Assembly: GCA_964057225.1 (NCBI GenBank) | Contig: OZ059898.1 | Coordinates: 2,790,001-2,854,000, forward strand | Direction: 5' to 3' | DNA length: 64,000 nucleotides | Source of the DNA: Auanema rhodensis | Taxonomy: Eukaryota; Animalia; Nematoda | Shown: positions 1-10,700 of the stretch, one piece after another | Layout: the number at the start of each line of letters is the position of its first letter | How positions within the stretch are numbered: position 1 is the stretch's first letter | Position numbers and translations under genes: made by a program | The notes under the pieces: model-generated | Database searches by the model: none | What the model saw: the letters and a program-made list of their open reading frames with translations, nothing else | What the model was told of the DNA's origin: nothing

Positions 1-3
1 GCA

Positions 4-31
4 ATGTTGAGTGTACATGGAAACTCAACAT
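4..31. repeat. Inverted repeat 1 (recurs in each monomer): ATGTTGAGT / ACTCAACAT, 9-bp stem, 10-nt loop
   Basis: 4-12 is the exact reverse complement of 23-31. Confidence 0.92.
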
Positions 32-114
32 ACACTAATGCATCATTTTTCTAACGATCATAACTAATTTTTGTATTAAGCTTTTCTCAATGTAGTATAG
101 TGCATTCGATGCGG

Positions 115-165
115 ATTTTTAAGCTGCGTCGATCTGTGTTATCAGATTTGCGCTAGCTTAAAAAT
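115..165. repeat. Inverted repeat 2 (recurs in each monomer): 51-nt imperfect hairpin
   Basis: ATTTTTAAGCT (115-125) pairs with AGCTTAAAAAT (155-165), GCG (126-128) with CGC (151-153), and ATCTG (132-136) with CAGAT (143-147); loop TGTTAT. Confidence 0.92.
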
Positions 166-182
166 GCACCGAGATATCAACT

Positions 183-204
183 GATATAAGTTCACACTTA
201 TATC
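183..204. repeat. Inverted repeat 3 (recurs in each monomer): GATATAAGT / ACTTATATC, 9-bp stem, TCAC loop
   Basis: 183-191 is the exact reverse complement of 196-204; it is flanked by CGAG (170-173) and CTCG (205-208). Confidence 0.92.
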
Positions 205-1682
205 CTCGATTTTCACCCTGAAGAATTAATTTTTTCGTTGAATAACATTGTCCATCGTCTTTGCCTTGAAAAATGGAATCTAAAAACATCTACTTTTTGC
301 TAAATTATTTTGAAATTTTTCGAAACAATTTTTGTCAAAATGTTTTTGGAAGCAATGTTGAGTGTACATGGAAACTCAACATACACTAATGCATCATTTT
401 TCAAACGGTCATAACTAATTTTTGTATCAAGCGTTTCTTAATGTAGTATAGTGCATTCGATCCGGATTTTTAAGCTGCGTCGATCTGTGTTATCAGATTT
501 GCGCTAGCTTAAAAATGCACCGAGATATCAACTGATATAAGTTCACACTTATATCCTCGATTTTCACCCTGAAGAATTAATTTTTTTGTTGAATAACATT
601 GTCCATCGTCTTTGCCTTGAAAAATGGAATCTAAAAACATCTACTTTTTGCTAAATAATTTTGAAATTTTTCGAAAAAATTTTTGTCAAAATGTTTTTGG
701 AAGCAATGTTGAGTGTACATGGAAACTCAACATACACTAATGCATCATTTTTCAAACGATCATAACTAATTTTTGTATTAAGCTTTTCTCAATGTAGTAT
801 AGTGCATTCGATGCGGATTTTTAAGCTGCGTCGATCTGTGTTATCAGATTTGCGCTAGCTTAAAAATGCACCGAGATATCAACTGATATAAGTTCACACT
901 TATATCCTCGATTTTCACCCTGAAGAATTAACTTTTTCGTTGAATAACATTGTCTATCGTCTTTGCCTTGAAAAATGGAATCTAAAAACATCTACTTTTT
1001 GCTAAATTATTCTGAAATTTTTCGAAAAAATTTTTGTCAAAATGTTTTTGGAAGCAATGTTGAGTGTACATGGAAACTCAATATACACTAATGCATAATT
1101 TTTGAAACAATCATAACTAATTTTTGTATCAAGCTTTTCTCAATGTAGTATAGTGCATTCGATGCGGATTTTTAAGCTGCGTCGATCTGTGTTATCAGAT
1201 TTGCGCTAGCTTAAAAATGCACCGAGATATCAACTGATATAAGTTCACACTTATATCCTCGATTTTCACCCTGAAGAATTAATTTTTTCGTTGAATAACA
1301 TTGTCTATCGTCTTTGCCTTGAAAAATGGAATCTAAAAACATCTACTTTTTGGTAAATTATTTTGAAATTTTTCGAAAAAATTTTTGTCAAAATGTTTTT
1401 GGAAGCAATGTTGAGTGTACATGGAAACTCAACATACACTAATGCATCATTTTTCAAACGATCATAACTAATTTTTGTATCAAGTGTTTCTCAATGTAAT
1501 ATAGTGCATTCGATGCGGATTTTTAAGCTGCGTCGATCTGTGTTATCAGATTTGCGCTAGCTTAAAAATGCACCGAGATATCAACTGATATAAGTTCACA
1601 CTTATATCCTCGATTTTCACCCTGAAGAATTAATTTTTTCGTTGAATAACATTGTCCATCGTCTTTGCCTTGAAAAATGGAA

Positions 1683-1754
1683 TCTAAAAACATCTACTTT
1701 TTGCTAAATTATTTTGAAATTTTTCGAAAAAATTTTTGTCAAAATGTTTTTGGA
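1683..1754. repeat. Inverted repeat 4 (shown in monomer 5; monomer positions 279-350): palindrome TTTTTCGAAAAA with flanking complementary arms
   Basis: Perfect 12-bp palindrome at monomer positions 316-327 (broken in C326 and C320 variants). ATTTTGA (307-313) pairs with TCAAAAT (335-341), and AAAAACAT (282-289) with ATGTTTTT (340-347). Confidence 0.85.
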
Positions 1755-4700
1755 AGCAATGTTGAGTGTACATGGAAACTCAACATACACTAATGCATCA
1801 TTTTTCAAACGATCATAACTAATTTTTGTATCAAGTGTTTCTCAATGTAATATAGTGCATTCGATGCGGATTTTTAAGCTGCGTCGATCTGTGTTATCAG
1901 ATTTGCGCTAGCTTAAAAATGCACCGAGATATCAACTGATATAAGTTCACACTTATATCCTCGATTTTCACCCTGAAGAATTAATTTTTTCGTTGAATAA
2001 CATTGTCCATCGTCTTTGCCTTGAAAAATGGAATCTAAAAACATCTACTTTTTGCTAAATTATTTTGAAATTTTTCGAAAAAATTTTTGTCAAAATGTTT
2101 TTGGAAGCAATGTTGAGTGTTCATGGAAACTCAACATACACTAATGCATCATTTTTCAAACGATCATAACTAATTTTTGTATCAAGTGTTTCTCAATGTA
2201 ATATAGTGCATTCGATGCGGATTTTTAAGCTGCGTCGATCTGTGTTATCAGATTTGCGCTAGCTTAAAAATGCACCGAGATATCAACTGATATAAGTTCA
2301 CACTTATATCCTCGATTTTCACCCTGAAGAATTAATTTTTTCGTTGAATAACATTGTCCATCGTCTTTGCCTTGAAAAATGGAATCTAAAAACATCTACT
2401 TTTTGCTAAATTATTTTGAAATTTTTCGAAACAATTTTTGTCAAAATGTTTTTGGAAGCAATGTTGAGTGTACATGGAAACTCAACATACACTAATGCAT
2501 CATTTTTCAAACGGTCATAACTAATTTTTATATCAAGCGTTTCTTAATGTAGTATAGTGCATTCGATCCGGATTTTTAAGCTGCGTCGATCTGTGTTATC
2601 AGATTTGCGCTAGCTTAAAAATGCACCGAGATATCAACTGATATAAGTTCACACTTATATCCTCGATTTTCACCCTGAAGAAATAATTTTTTCGTTGAAT
2701 AACATTGTCCATCGTCTTTGCCTTGAAAAATGGAATCTAAAAACATCTACTTTTTGCTAAATTATTTTGAAATTTTTCGAAACAATTTTTGTCAAAATGT
2801 TTTTGGAAGCAATGTTGAGTGTACATGGAAACTCAACATACACTAATGCATCATTTTTCAAACGGTCATAACTAATTTTTATATCAAGCGTTTCTTAATG
2901 TAGTATAGTGCATTCGATCCGGATTTTTAAGCTGCGTCGATCTGTGTTATCAGATTTGCGCTAGCTTAAAAATGCACCGAGATATCAACTGATATAAGTT
3001 CACACTTATATCCTCGATTTTCACCCTGAAGAAATAATTTTTTCGTTGAATAACATTGTCCATCGTCTTTGCCTTGAAAAAAGGAATCTAAAAACATCTA
3101 CTTTTTGCTAAATTATTTTGAAATTTTTCGAAAAAATTTTTGTCAAAATGTTTTTGGAAGCAATGTTGAGTGTACATGGAAACTCAACATACACTAATGC
3201 ATCATTTTTCTAACGATCATAACTAATTTTTTTATTAAGCTTTTCTCAATGTAGTATAGTGCATTCGATGCGGATTTTTAAGCTGCGTCGATCTGTGTTA
3301 TCAGATTTGCGCTAGCTTAAAAATGCACCGAGATATCAACTGATATAAGTTCACACTTATATCCTCGATTTTCACCCTGAAGAATTAATTTTTTCGTTGA
3401 ATAACATTGTCCATCGTCTTTGCCTTGAAAAATGGAATCTAAAAACATCTACTTTTTGCTAAATTATTTTGAAATTTTTCGAAACAATTTTTGTCAAAAT
3501 GTTTTTGGAAGCAATGTTGAGTGTACATGGAAACTCAACATACACTAATGCATCATTTTTCAAACGGTCATAACTAATTTTTGTATCAAGCGTTTCTTAA
3601 TGTAGTATAGTGCATTCGATCCGGATTTTTAAGCTGCGTCGATCTGTGTTATCAGATTTGCGCTAGCTTAAAAATGCACCGAGATATCAACTGATATAAG
3701 TTCACACTTATATCCTCGATTTTCACCCTGAAGAATTAATTTTTTTGTTGAATAACATTGTCCATCGTCTTTGCCTTGAAAAATGGAATCTAAAAACATC
3801 TACTTTTTGCTAAATAATTTTGAAATTTTTCGAAAAAATTTTTGTCAAAATGTTTTTGGAAGCAATGTTGAGTGTACATGGAAACTCAACATACACTAAT
3901 GCATCATTTTTCAAACGATCATAACTAATTTTTGTATTAAGCTTTTCTCAATGTAGTATAGTGCATTCGATGCGGATTTTTAAGCTGCGTCGATCTGTGT
4001 TATCAGATTTGCGCTAGCTTAAAAATGCACCGAGATATCAACTGATATAAGTTCACACTTATATCCTCGATTTTCACCCTGAAGAATTAACTTTTTCGTT
4101 GAATAACATTGTCTATCGTCTTTGCCTTGAAAAATGGAATCTAAAAACATCTACTTTTTGCTAAATTATTCTGAAATTTTTCGAAAAAATTTTTGTCAAA
4201 ATGTTTTTGGAAGCAATGTTGAGTGTACATGGAAACTCAATATACACTAATGCATAATTTTTGAAACAATCATAACTAATTTTTGTATCAAGCTTTTCTC
4301 AATGTAGTATAGTGCATTCGATGCGGATTTTTAAGCTGCGTCGATCTGTGTTATCAGATTTGCGCTAGCTTAAAAATGCACCGAGATATCAACTGATATA
4401 AGTTCACACTTATATCCTCGATTTTCACCCTGAAGAATTAACTTTTTCGTTGAATAACATTGTCTATCGTCTTTGCCTTGAAAAATGGAATCTAAAAACA
4501 TCTACTTTTTGGTAAATTATTTTGAAATTTTTCGAAAAAATTTTTGTCAAAATGTTTTTGGAAGCAATGTTGAGTGTACATGGAAACTCAACATACACTA
4601 ATGCATCATTTTTCAAACGATCATAACTAATTTTTGTATCAAGTGTTTCTCAATGTAATATAGTGCATTCGATGCGGATTTTTAAGCTGCGTCGATCTGT

Positions 4701-7700
4701 GTTATCAGATTTGCGCTAGCTTAAAAATGCACCGAGATATCAACTGATATAAGTTCACACTTATATCCTCGATTTTCACCCTGAAGAATTAATTTTTTCG
4801 TTGAATAACATTGTCCATCGTCTTTGCCTTGAAAAATGGAATCTAAAAACATCTACTTTTTGCTAAATTATTTTGAAATTTTTCGAAAAAATTTTTGTCA
4901 AAATGTTTTTGGAAGCAATGTTGAGTGTACATGGAAACTCAACATACACTAATGCATCATTTTTCAAACGATCATAACTAATTTTTGTATCAAGTGTTTC
5001 TCAATGTAATATAGTGCATTCGATGCGGATTTTTAAGCTGCGTCGATCTGTGTTATCAGATTTGCGCTAGCTTAAAAATGCACCGAGATATCAACTGATA
5101 TAAGTTCACACTTATATCCTCGATTTTCACCCTGAAGAATTAATTTTTTCGTTGAATAACATTGTCCATCGTCTTTGCCTTGAAAAATGGAATCTAAAAA
5201 CATCTACTTTTTGCTAAATTATTTTGAAATTTTTCGAAAAAATTTTTGTCAAAATGTTTTTGGAAGCAATGTTGAGTGTACATGGAAACTCAACATACAC
5301 TAATGCATCATTTTTCAAACGATCATAACTAATTTTTGTATCAAGTGTTTCTCAATGTAATATAGTGCATTCGATGCGGATTTTTAAGCTGCGTCGATCT
5401 GTGTTATCAGATTTGCGCTAGCTTAAAAATGCACCGAGATATCAACTGATATAAGTTCACACTTATATCCTCGATTTTCACCCTGAAGAATTAATTTTTT
5501 CGTTGAATAACATTGTCCATCGTCTTTGCCTTGAAAAATGGAATCTAAAAACATCTACTTTTTGCTAAATTATTTTGAAATTTTTCGAAACAATTTTTGT
5601 CAAAATGTTTTTGGAAGCAATGTTGAGTGTACATGGAAACTCAACATACACTAATGCATCATTTTTCAAACGGTCATAACTAATTTTTATATCAAGCGTT
5701 TCTTAATGTAGTATAGTGCATTCGATCCGGATTTTTAAGCTGCGTCGATCTGTGTTATCAGATTTGCGCTAGCTTAAAAATGCACCGAGATATCAACTGA
5801 TATAAGTTCACACTTATATCCTCGATTTTCACCCTGAAGAAATAATTTTTTCGTTGAATAACATTGTCCATCGTCTTTGCCTTGAAAAAAGGAATCTAAA
5901 AACATCTACTTTTTGCTAAATTATTTTGAAATTTTTCGAAAAAATTTTTGTCAAAATGTTTTTGGAAGCAATGTTGAGTGTACATGGAAACTCAACATAC
6001 ACTAATGCATCATTTTTCTAACGATCATAACTAATTTTTGTATTAAGCTTTTCTCAATGTAGTATAGTGCATTCGATGCGGATTTTTAAGCTGCGTCGAT
6101 CTGTGTTATCAGATTTGCGCTAGCTTAAAAATGCACCGAGATATCAACTGATATAAGTTCACACTTATATCCTCGATTTTCACCCTGAAGAATTAATTTT
6201 TTCGTTGAATAACATTGTCCATCGTCTTTGCCTTGAAAAATGGAATCTAAAAACATCTACTTTTTGCTAAATTATTTTGAAATTTTTCGAAACAATTTTT
6301 GTCAAAATGTTTTTGGAAGCAATGTTGAGTGTACATGGAAACTCAACATACACTAATGCATCATTTTTCAAACGGTCATAACTAATTTTTATATCAAGCG
6401 TTTCTTAATGTAGTATAGTGCATTCGATCCGGATTTTTAAGCTGCGTCGATCTGTGTTATCAGATTTGCGCTAGCTTAAAAATGCACCGAGATATCAACT
6501 GATATAAGTTCACACTTATATCCTCGATTTTCACCCTGAAGAAATAATTTTTTCGTTGAATAACATTGTCCATCGTCTTTGCCTTGAAAAAAGGAATCTA
6601 AAAACATCTACTTTTTGCTAAATTATTTTGAAATTTTTCGAAAAAATTTTTGTCAAAATGTTTTTGGAAGCAATGTTGAGTGTACATGGAAACTCAACAT
6701 ACACTAATGCATCATTTTTCTAACGATCATAACTAATTTTTGTATTAAGCTTTTCTCAATGTAGTATAGTGCATTCGATGCGGATTTTTAAGCTGCGTCG
6801 ATCTGTGTTATCAGATTTGCGCTAGCTTAAAAATGCACCGAGATATCAACTGATATAAGTTCACACTTATATCCTCGATTTTCACCCTGAAGAATTAATT
6901 TTTTCGTTGAATAACATTGTCCATCGTCTTTGCCTTGAAAAATGGAATCTAAAAACATCTACTTTTTGCTAAATAATTTTGAAATTTTTCGAAAAAATTT
7001 TTGTCAAAATGTTTTTGGAAGCAATGTTGAGTGTACATGGAAACTCAACATACACTAATGCATCATTTTTCAAACGATCATAACTAATTTTTGTATTAAG
7101 CTTTTCTCAATGTAGTATAGTGCATTCGATGCGGATTTTTAAGCTGCGTCGATCTGTGTTATCAGATTTGCGCTAGCTTAAAAATGCACCGAGATATCAA
7201 CTGATATAAGTTCACACTTATATCCTCGATTTTCACCCTGAAGAATTAACTTTTTCGTTGAATAACATTGTCTATCGTCTTTGCCTTGAAAAATGGAATC
7301 TAAAAACATCTACTTTTTGCTAAATTATTCTGAAATTTTTCGAAAAAATTTTTGTCAAAATGTTTTTGGAAGCAATGTTGAGTGTACATGGAAACTCAAT
7401 ATACACTAATGCATCATTTTTCAAACAATCATAACTTATTTTTGTATTAAGCTTTTCTCAATGTAGTATAGTGCATTCGATGCGGATTTTTAAGCTGCGT
7501 CGATCTGTGTTATCAGATTTGCGCTAGCTTAAAAATGCACCGAGATATCAACTGATATAAGTTCACACTTATATCCTCGATTTTCACCCTGAAGAATTAA
7601 CTTTTTCGTTGAATAACATTGTCTATCGTCTTTGCCTTGAAAAATGGAATCTAAAAACATCTACTTTTTGGTAAATTATTTTGAAATTTTTCGAAAAAAT

Positions 7701-10700
7701 TTTTGTCAAAATGTTTTTGGAAGCAATGTTGAGTGTACATGGAAACTCAATATACACTAATGCATCATTTTTCAAACAATCATAACTAATTTTTGTATTA
7801 AGCTTTTCTCAATGTAGTATAGTGCATTCGATGCGGATTTTTAAGCTGCGTCGATCTGTGTTATCAGATTTGCGCTAGCTTAAAAATGCACCGAGATATC
7901 AACTGATATAAGTTCACACTTATATCCTCGATTTTCACCCTGAAGAATTAACTTTTTCGTTGAATAACATTGTCTATCGTCTTTGCCTTGAAAAATGGAA
8001 TCTAAAAACATCTACTTTTTGGTAAATTATTTTGAAATTTTTCGAAAAAATTTTTGTCAAAATGTTTTTGGAAGCAATGTTGAGTGTACATGGAAACTCA
8101 ACATACACTAATGCATCATTTTTCAAACGATCATAACTAATTTTTGTATCAAGTGTTTCTCAATGTAATATAGTGCATTCGATGCGGATTTTTAAGCTGC
8201 GTCGATCTGTGTTATCAGATTTGCGCTAGCTTAAAAATGCACCGAGATATCAACTGATATAAGTTCACACTTATATCCTCGATTTTCACCCTGAAGAATT
8301 AATTTTTTCGTTGAATAACATTGTCCATCGTCTTTGCCTTGAAAAATGGAATCTAAAAACATCTACTTTTTGCTAAATTATTTTGAAATTTTTCGAAAAA
8401 ATTTTTGTCAAAATGTTTTTGGAAGCAATGTTGAGTGTACATGGAAACTCAACATACACTAATGCATCATTTTTCAAACGATCATAACTAATTTTTGTAT
8501 CAAGTGTTTCTCAATGTAATATAGTGCATTCGATGCGGATTTTTAAGCTGCGTCGATCTGTGTTATCAGATTTGCGCTAGCTTAAAAATGCACCGAGATA
8601 TCAACTGATATAAGTTCACACTTATATCCTCGATTTTCACCCTGAAGAATTAATTTTTTCGTTGAATAACATTGTCCATCGTCTTTGCCTTGAAAAATGG
8701 AATCTAAAAACATCTACTTTTTGCTAAATTATTTTGAAATTTTTCGAAAAAATTTTTGTCAAAATGTTTTTGGAAGCAATGTTGAGTGTACATGGAAACT
8801 CAACATACACTAATGCATCATTTTTCAAACGATCATAACTAATTTTTGTATCAAGTGTTTCTCAATGTAATATAGTGCATTCGATGCGGATTTTTAAGCT
8901 GCGTCGATCTGTGTTATCAGATTTGCGCTAGCTTAAAAATGCACCGAGATATCAACTGATATAAGTTCACACTTATATCCTCGATTTTCACCCTGAAGAA
9001 TTAATTTTTTCGTTGAATAACATTGTCCATCGTCTTTGCCTTGAAAAATGGAATCTAAAAACATCTACTTTTTGCTAAATTATTTTGAAATTTTTCGAAA
9101 CAATTTTTGTCAAAATGTTTTTGGAAGCAATGTTGAGTGTACATGGAAACTCAACATACACTAATGCATCATTTTTCAAACGGTCATAACTAATTTTTAT
9201 ATCAAGCGTTTCTTAATGTAGTATAGTGCATTCGATCCGGATTTTTAAGCTGCGTCGATCTGTGTTATCAGATTTGCGCTAGCTTAAAAATGCACCGAGA
9301 TATCAACTGATATAAGTTCACACTTATATCCTCGATTTTCACCCTGAAGAAATAATTTTTTCGTTGAATAACATTGTCCATCGTCTTTGCCTTGAAAAAT
9401 CGAATCTAAAAACATCTACTTTTTGCTAAATTATTTTGAAATTTTTCGAAAAAATTTTTGTCAAAATGTTTTTGGAAGCAATGTTGAGTGTACATGGAAA
9501 CTCAACATACACTAATGCATCATTTTTCTAACGATCATAACTAATTTTTGTATTAAGCTTTTCTCAATGTAGTATAGTGCATTCGATGCGGATTTTTAAG
9601 CTGCGTCGATCTGTGTTATCAGATTTGCGCTAGCTTAAAAATGCACCGAGATATCAACTGATATAAGTTCACACTTATATCCTCGATTTTCACCCTGAAG
9701 AATTAACTTTTTCGTTGAATAACATTGTCTATCGTCTTTGCCTTGAAAAATGGAATCTAAAAACATCTACTTTTTGGTAAATTATTTTGAAATTTTTCGA
9801 AAAAATTTTTGTCAAAATGTTTTTGGAAGCAATGTTGAGTGTACATGGAAACTCAACATACACTAATGCATCATTTTTCAAACGATCATAACTAATTTTT
9901 GTATCAAGTGTTTCTCAATGTAATATAGTGCATTCGATGCGGATTTTTAAGCTGCGTCGATCTGTGTTATCAGATTTGCGCTAGCTTAAAAATGCACCGA
10001 GATATCAACTGATATAAGTTCACACTTATATCCTCGATTTTCACCCTGAAGAATTAATTTTTTCGTTGAATAACATTGTCCATCGTCTTTGCCTTGAAAA
10101 ATGGAATCTAAAAACATCTACTTTTTGCTAAATTATTTTGAAATTTTTCGAAAAAATTTTTGTCAAAATGTTTTTGGAAGCAATGTTGAGTGTACATGGA
10201 AACTCAACATACACTAATGCATCATTTTTCAAACGATCATAACTAATTTTTGTATCAAGTGTTTCTCAATGTAATATAGTGCATTCGATGCGGATTTTTA
10301 AGCTGCGTCGATCTGTGTTATCAGATTTGCGCTAGCTTAAAAATGCACCGAGATATCAACTGATATAAGTTCACACTTATATCCTCGATTTTCACCCTGA
10401 AGAATTAATTTTTTCGTTGAATAACATTGTCCATCGTCTTTGCCTTGAAAAATGGAATCTAAAAACATCTACTTTTTGCTAAATTATTTTGAAATTTTTC
10501 GAAAAAATTTTTGTCAAAATGTTTTTGGAAGCAATGTTGAGTGTACATGGAAACTCAACATACACTAATGCATCATTTTTCAAACGATCATAACTAATTT
10601 TTGTATCAAGTGTTTCTCAATGTAATATAGTGCATTCGATGCGGATTTTTAAGCTGCGTCGATCTGTGTTATCAGATTTGCGCTAGCTTAAAAATGCACC

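Larger units (their letters stand above)
1..351 (+). repeat. Reference monomer (monomer 1; phase is arbitrary), ~31% GC, rich in A/T tracts
   Basis: Read directly; 110 G+C of 351 by hand count; many A4-6/T4-6 runs. Confidence 0.97.

Noticed and set aside
4-204. Compensatory evolution of the hairpins
   Set aside because: No double compensatory changes were seen. A4G and C29T give G-U on the + strand, while T119C, T120C and T187C give G-U only on the - strand. Any transition does this on one strand, so it is not evidence of selection on RNA structure.
183-213. Rho-independent terminator or bacterial promoter motifs
   Set aside because: The stem is AT-rich, there is no upstream gene, and such motifs are expected by chance in AT-rich satellite DNA.
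233-249. CENP-B box-like TTTCGTTGAATAACATT
   Set aside because: It matches the TTCG....A half of the canonical box (NTTCGNNNNANNCGGGN) but lacks CGGG; only 5 of 9 core bases match.
1-351. Tandem RNA gene (5S rRNA, tRNA, snRNA, spliced leader) or hammerhead ribozyme
   Set aside because: I recognise no 5S or tRNA sequence, cloverleaf or Pol III boxes. CTGATA (181) and CTGAAGA (218-224) with a downstream GAAA (268) resemble hammerhead core words, but I could not build the required flanking stems. An Infernal/Rfam scan of a monomer dimer on both strands would settle it.
1-351. Monomer as an ancient dimer of ~175-bp halves
   Set aside because: No convincing alignment between halves by eye beyond A/T-tract words such as AAAAATG and TTTTTG.
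1-351. Assignment to a named family such as Drosophila 1.688 (353-359 bp) or beetle ~350-bp satellites
   Set aside because: Only length and AT content are similar; I recognise no sequence match, and a database search is needed.
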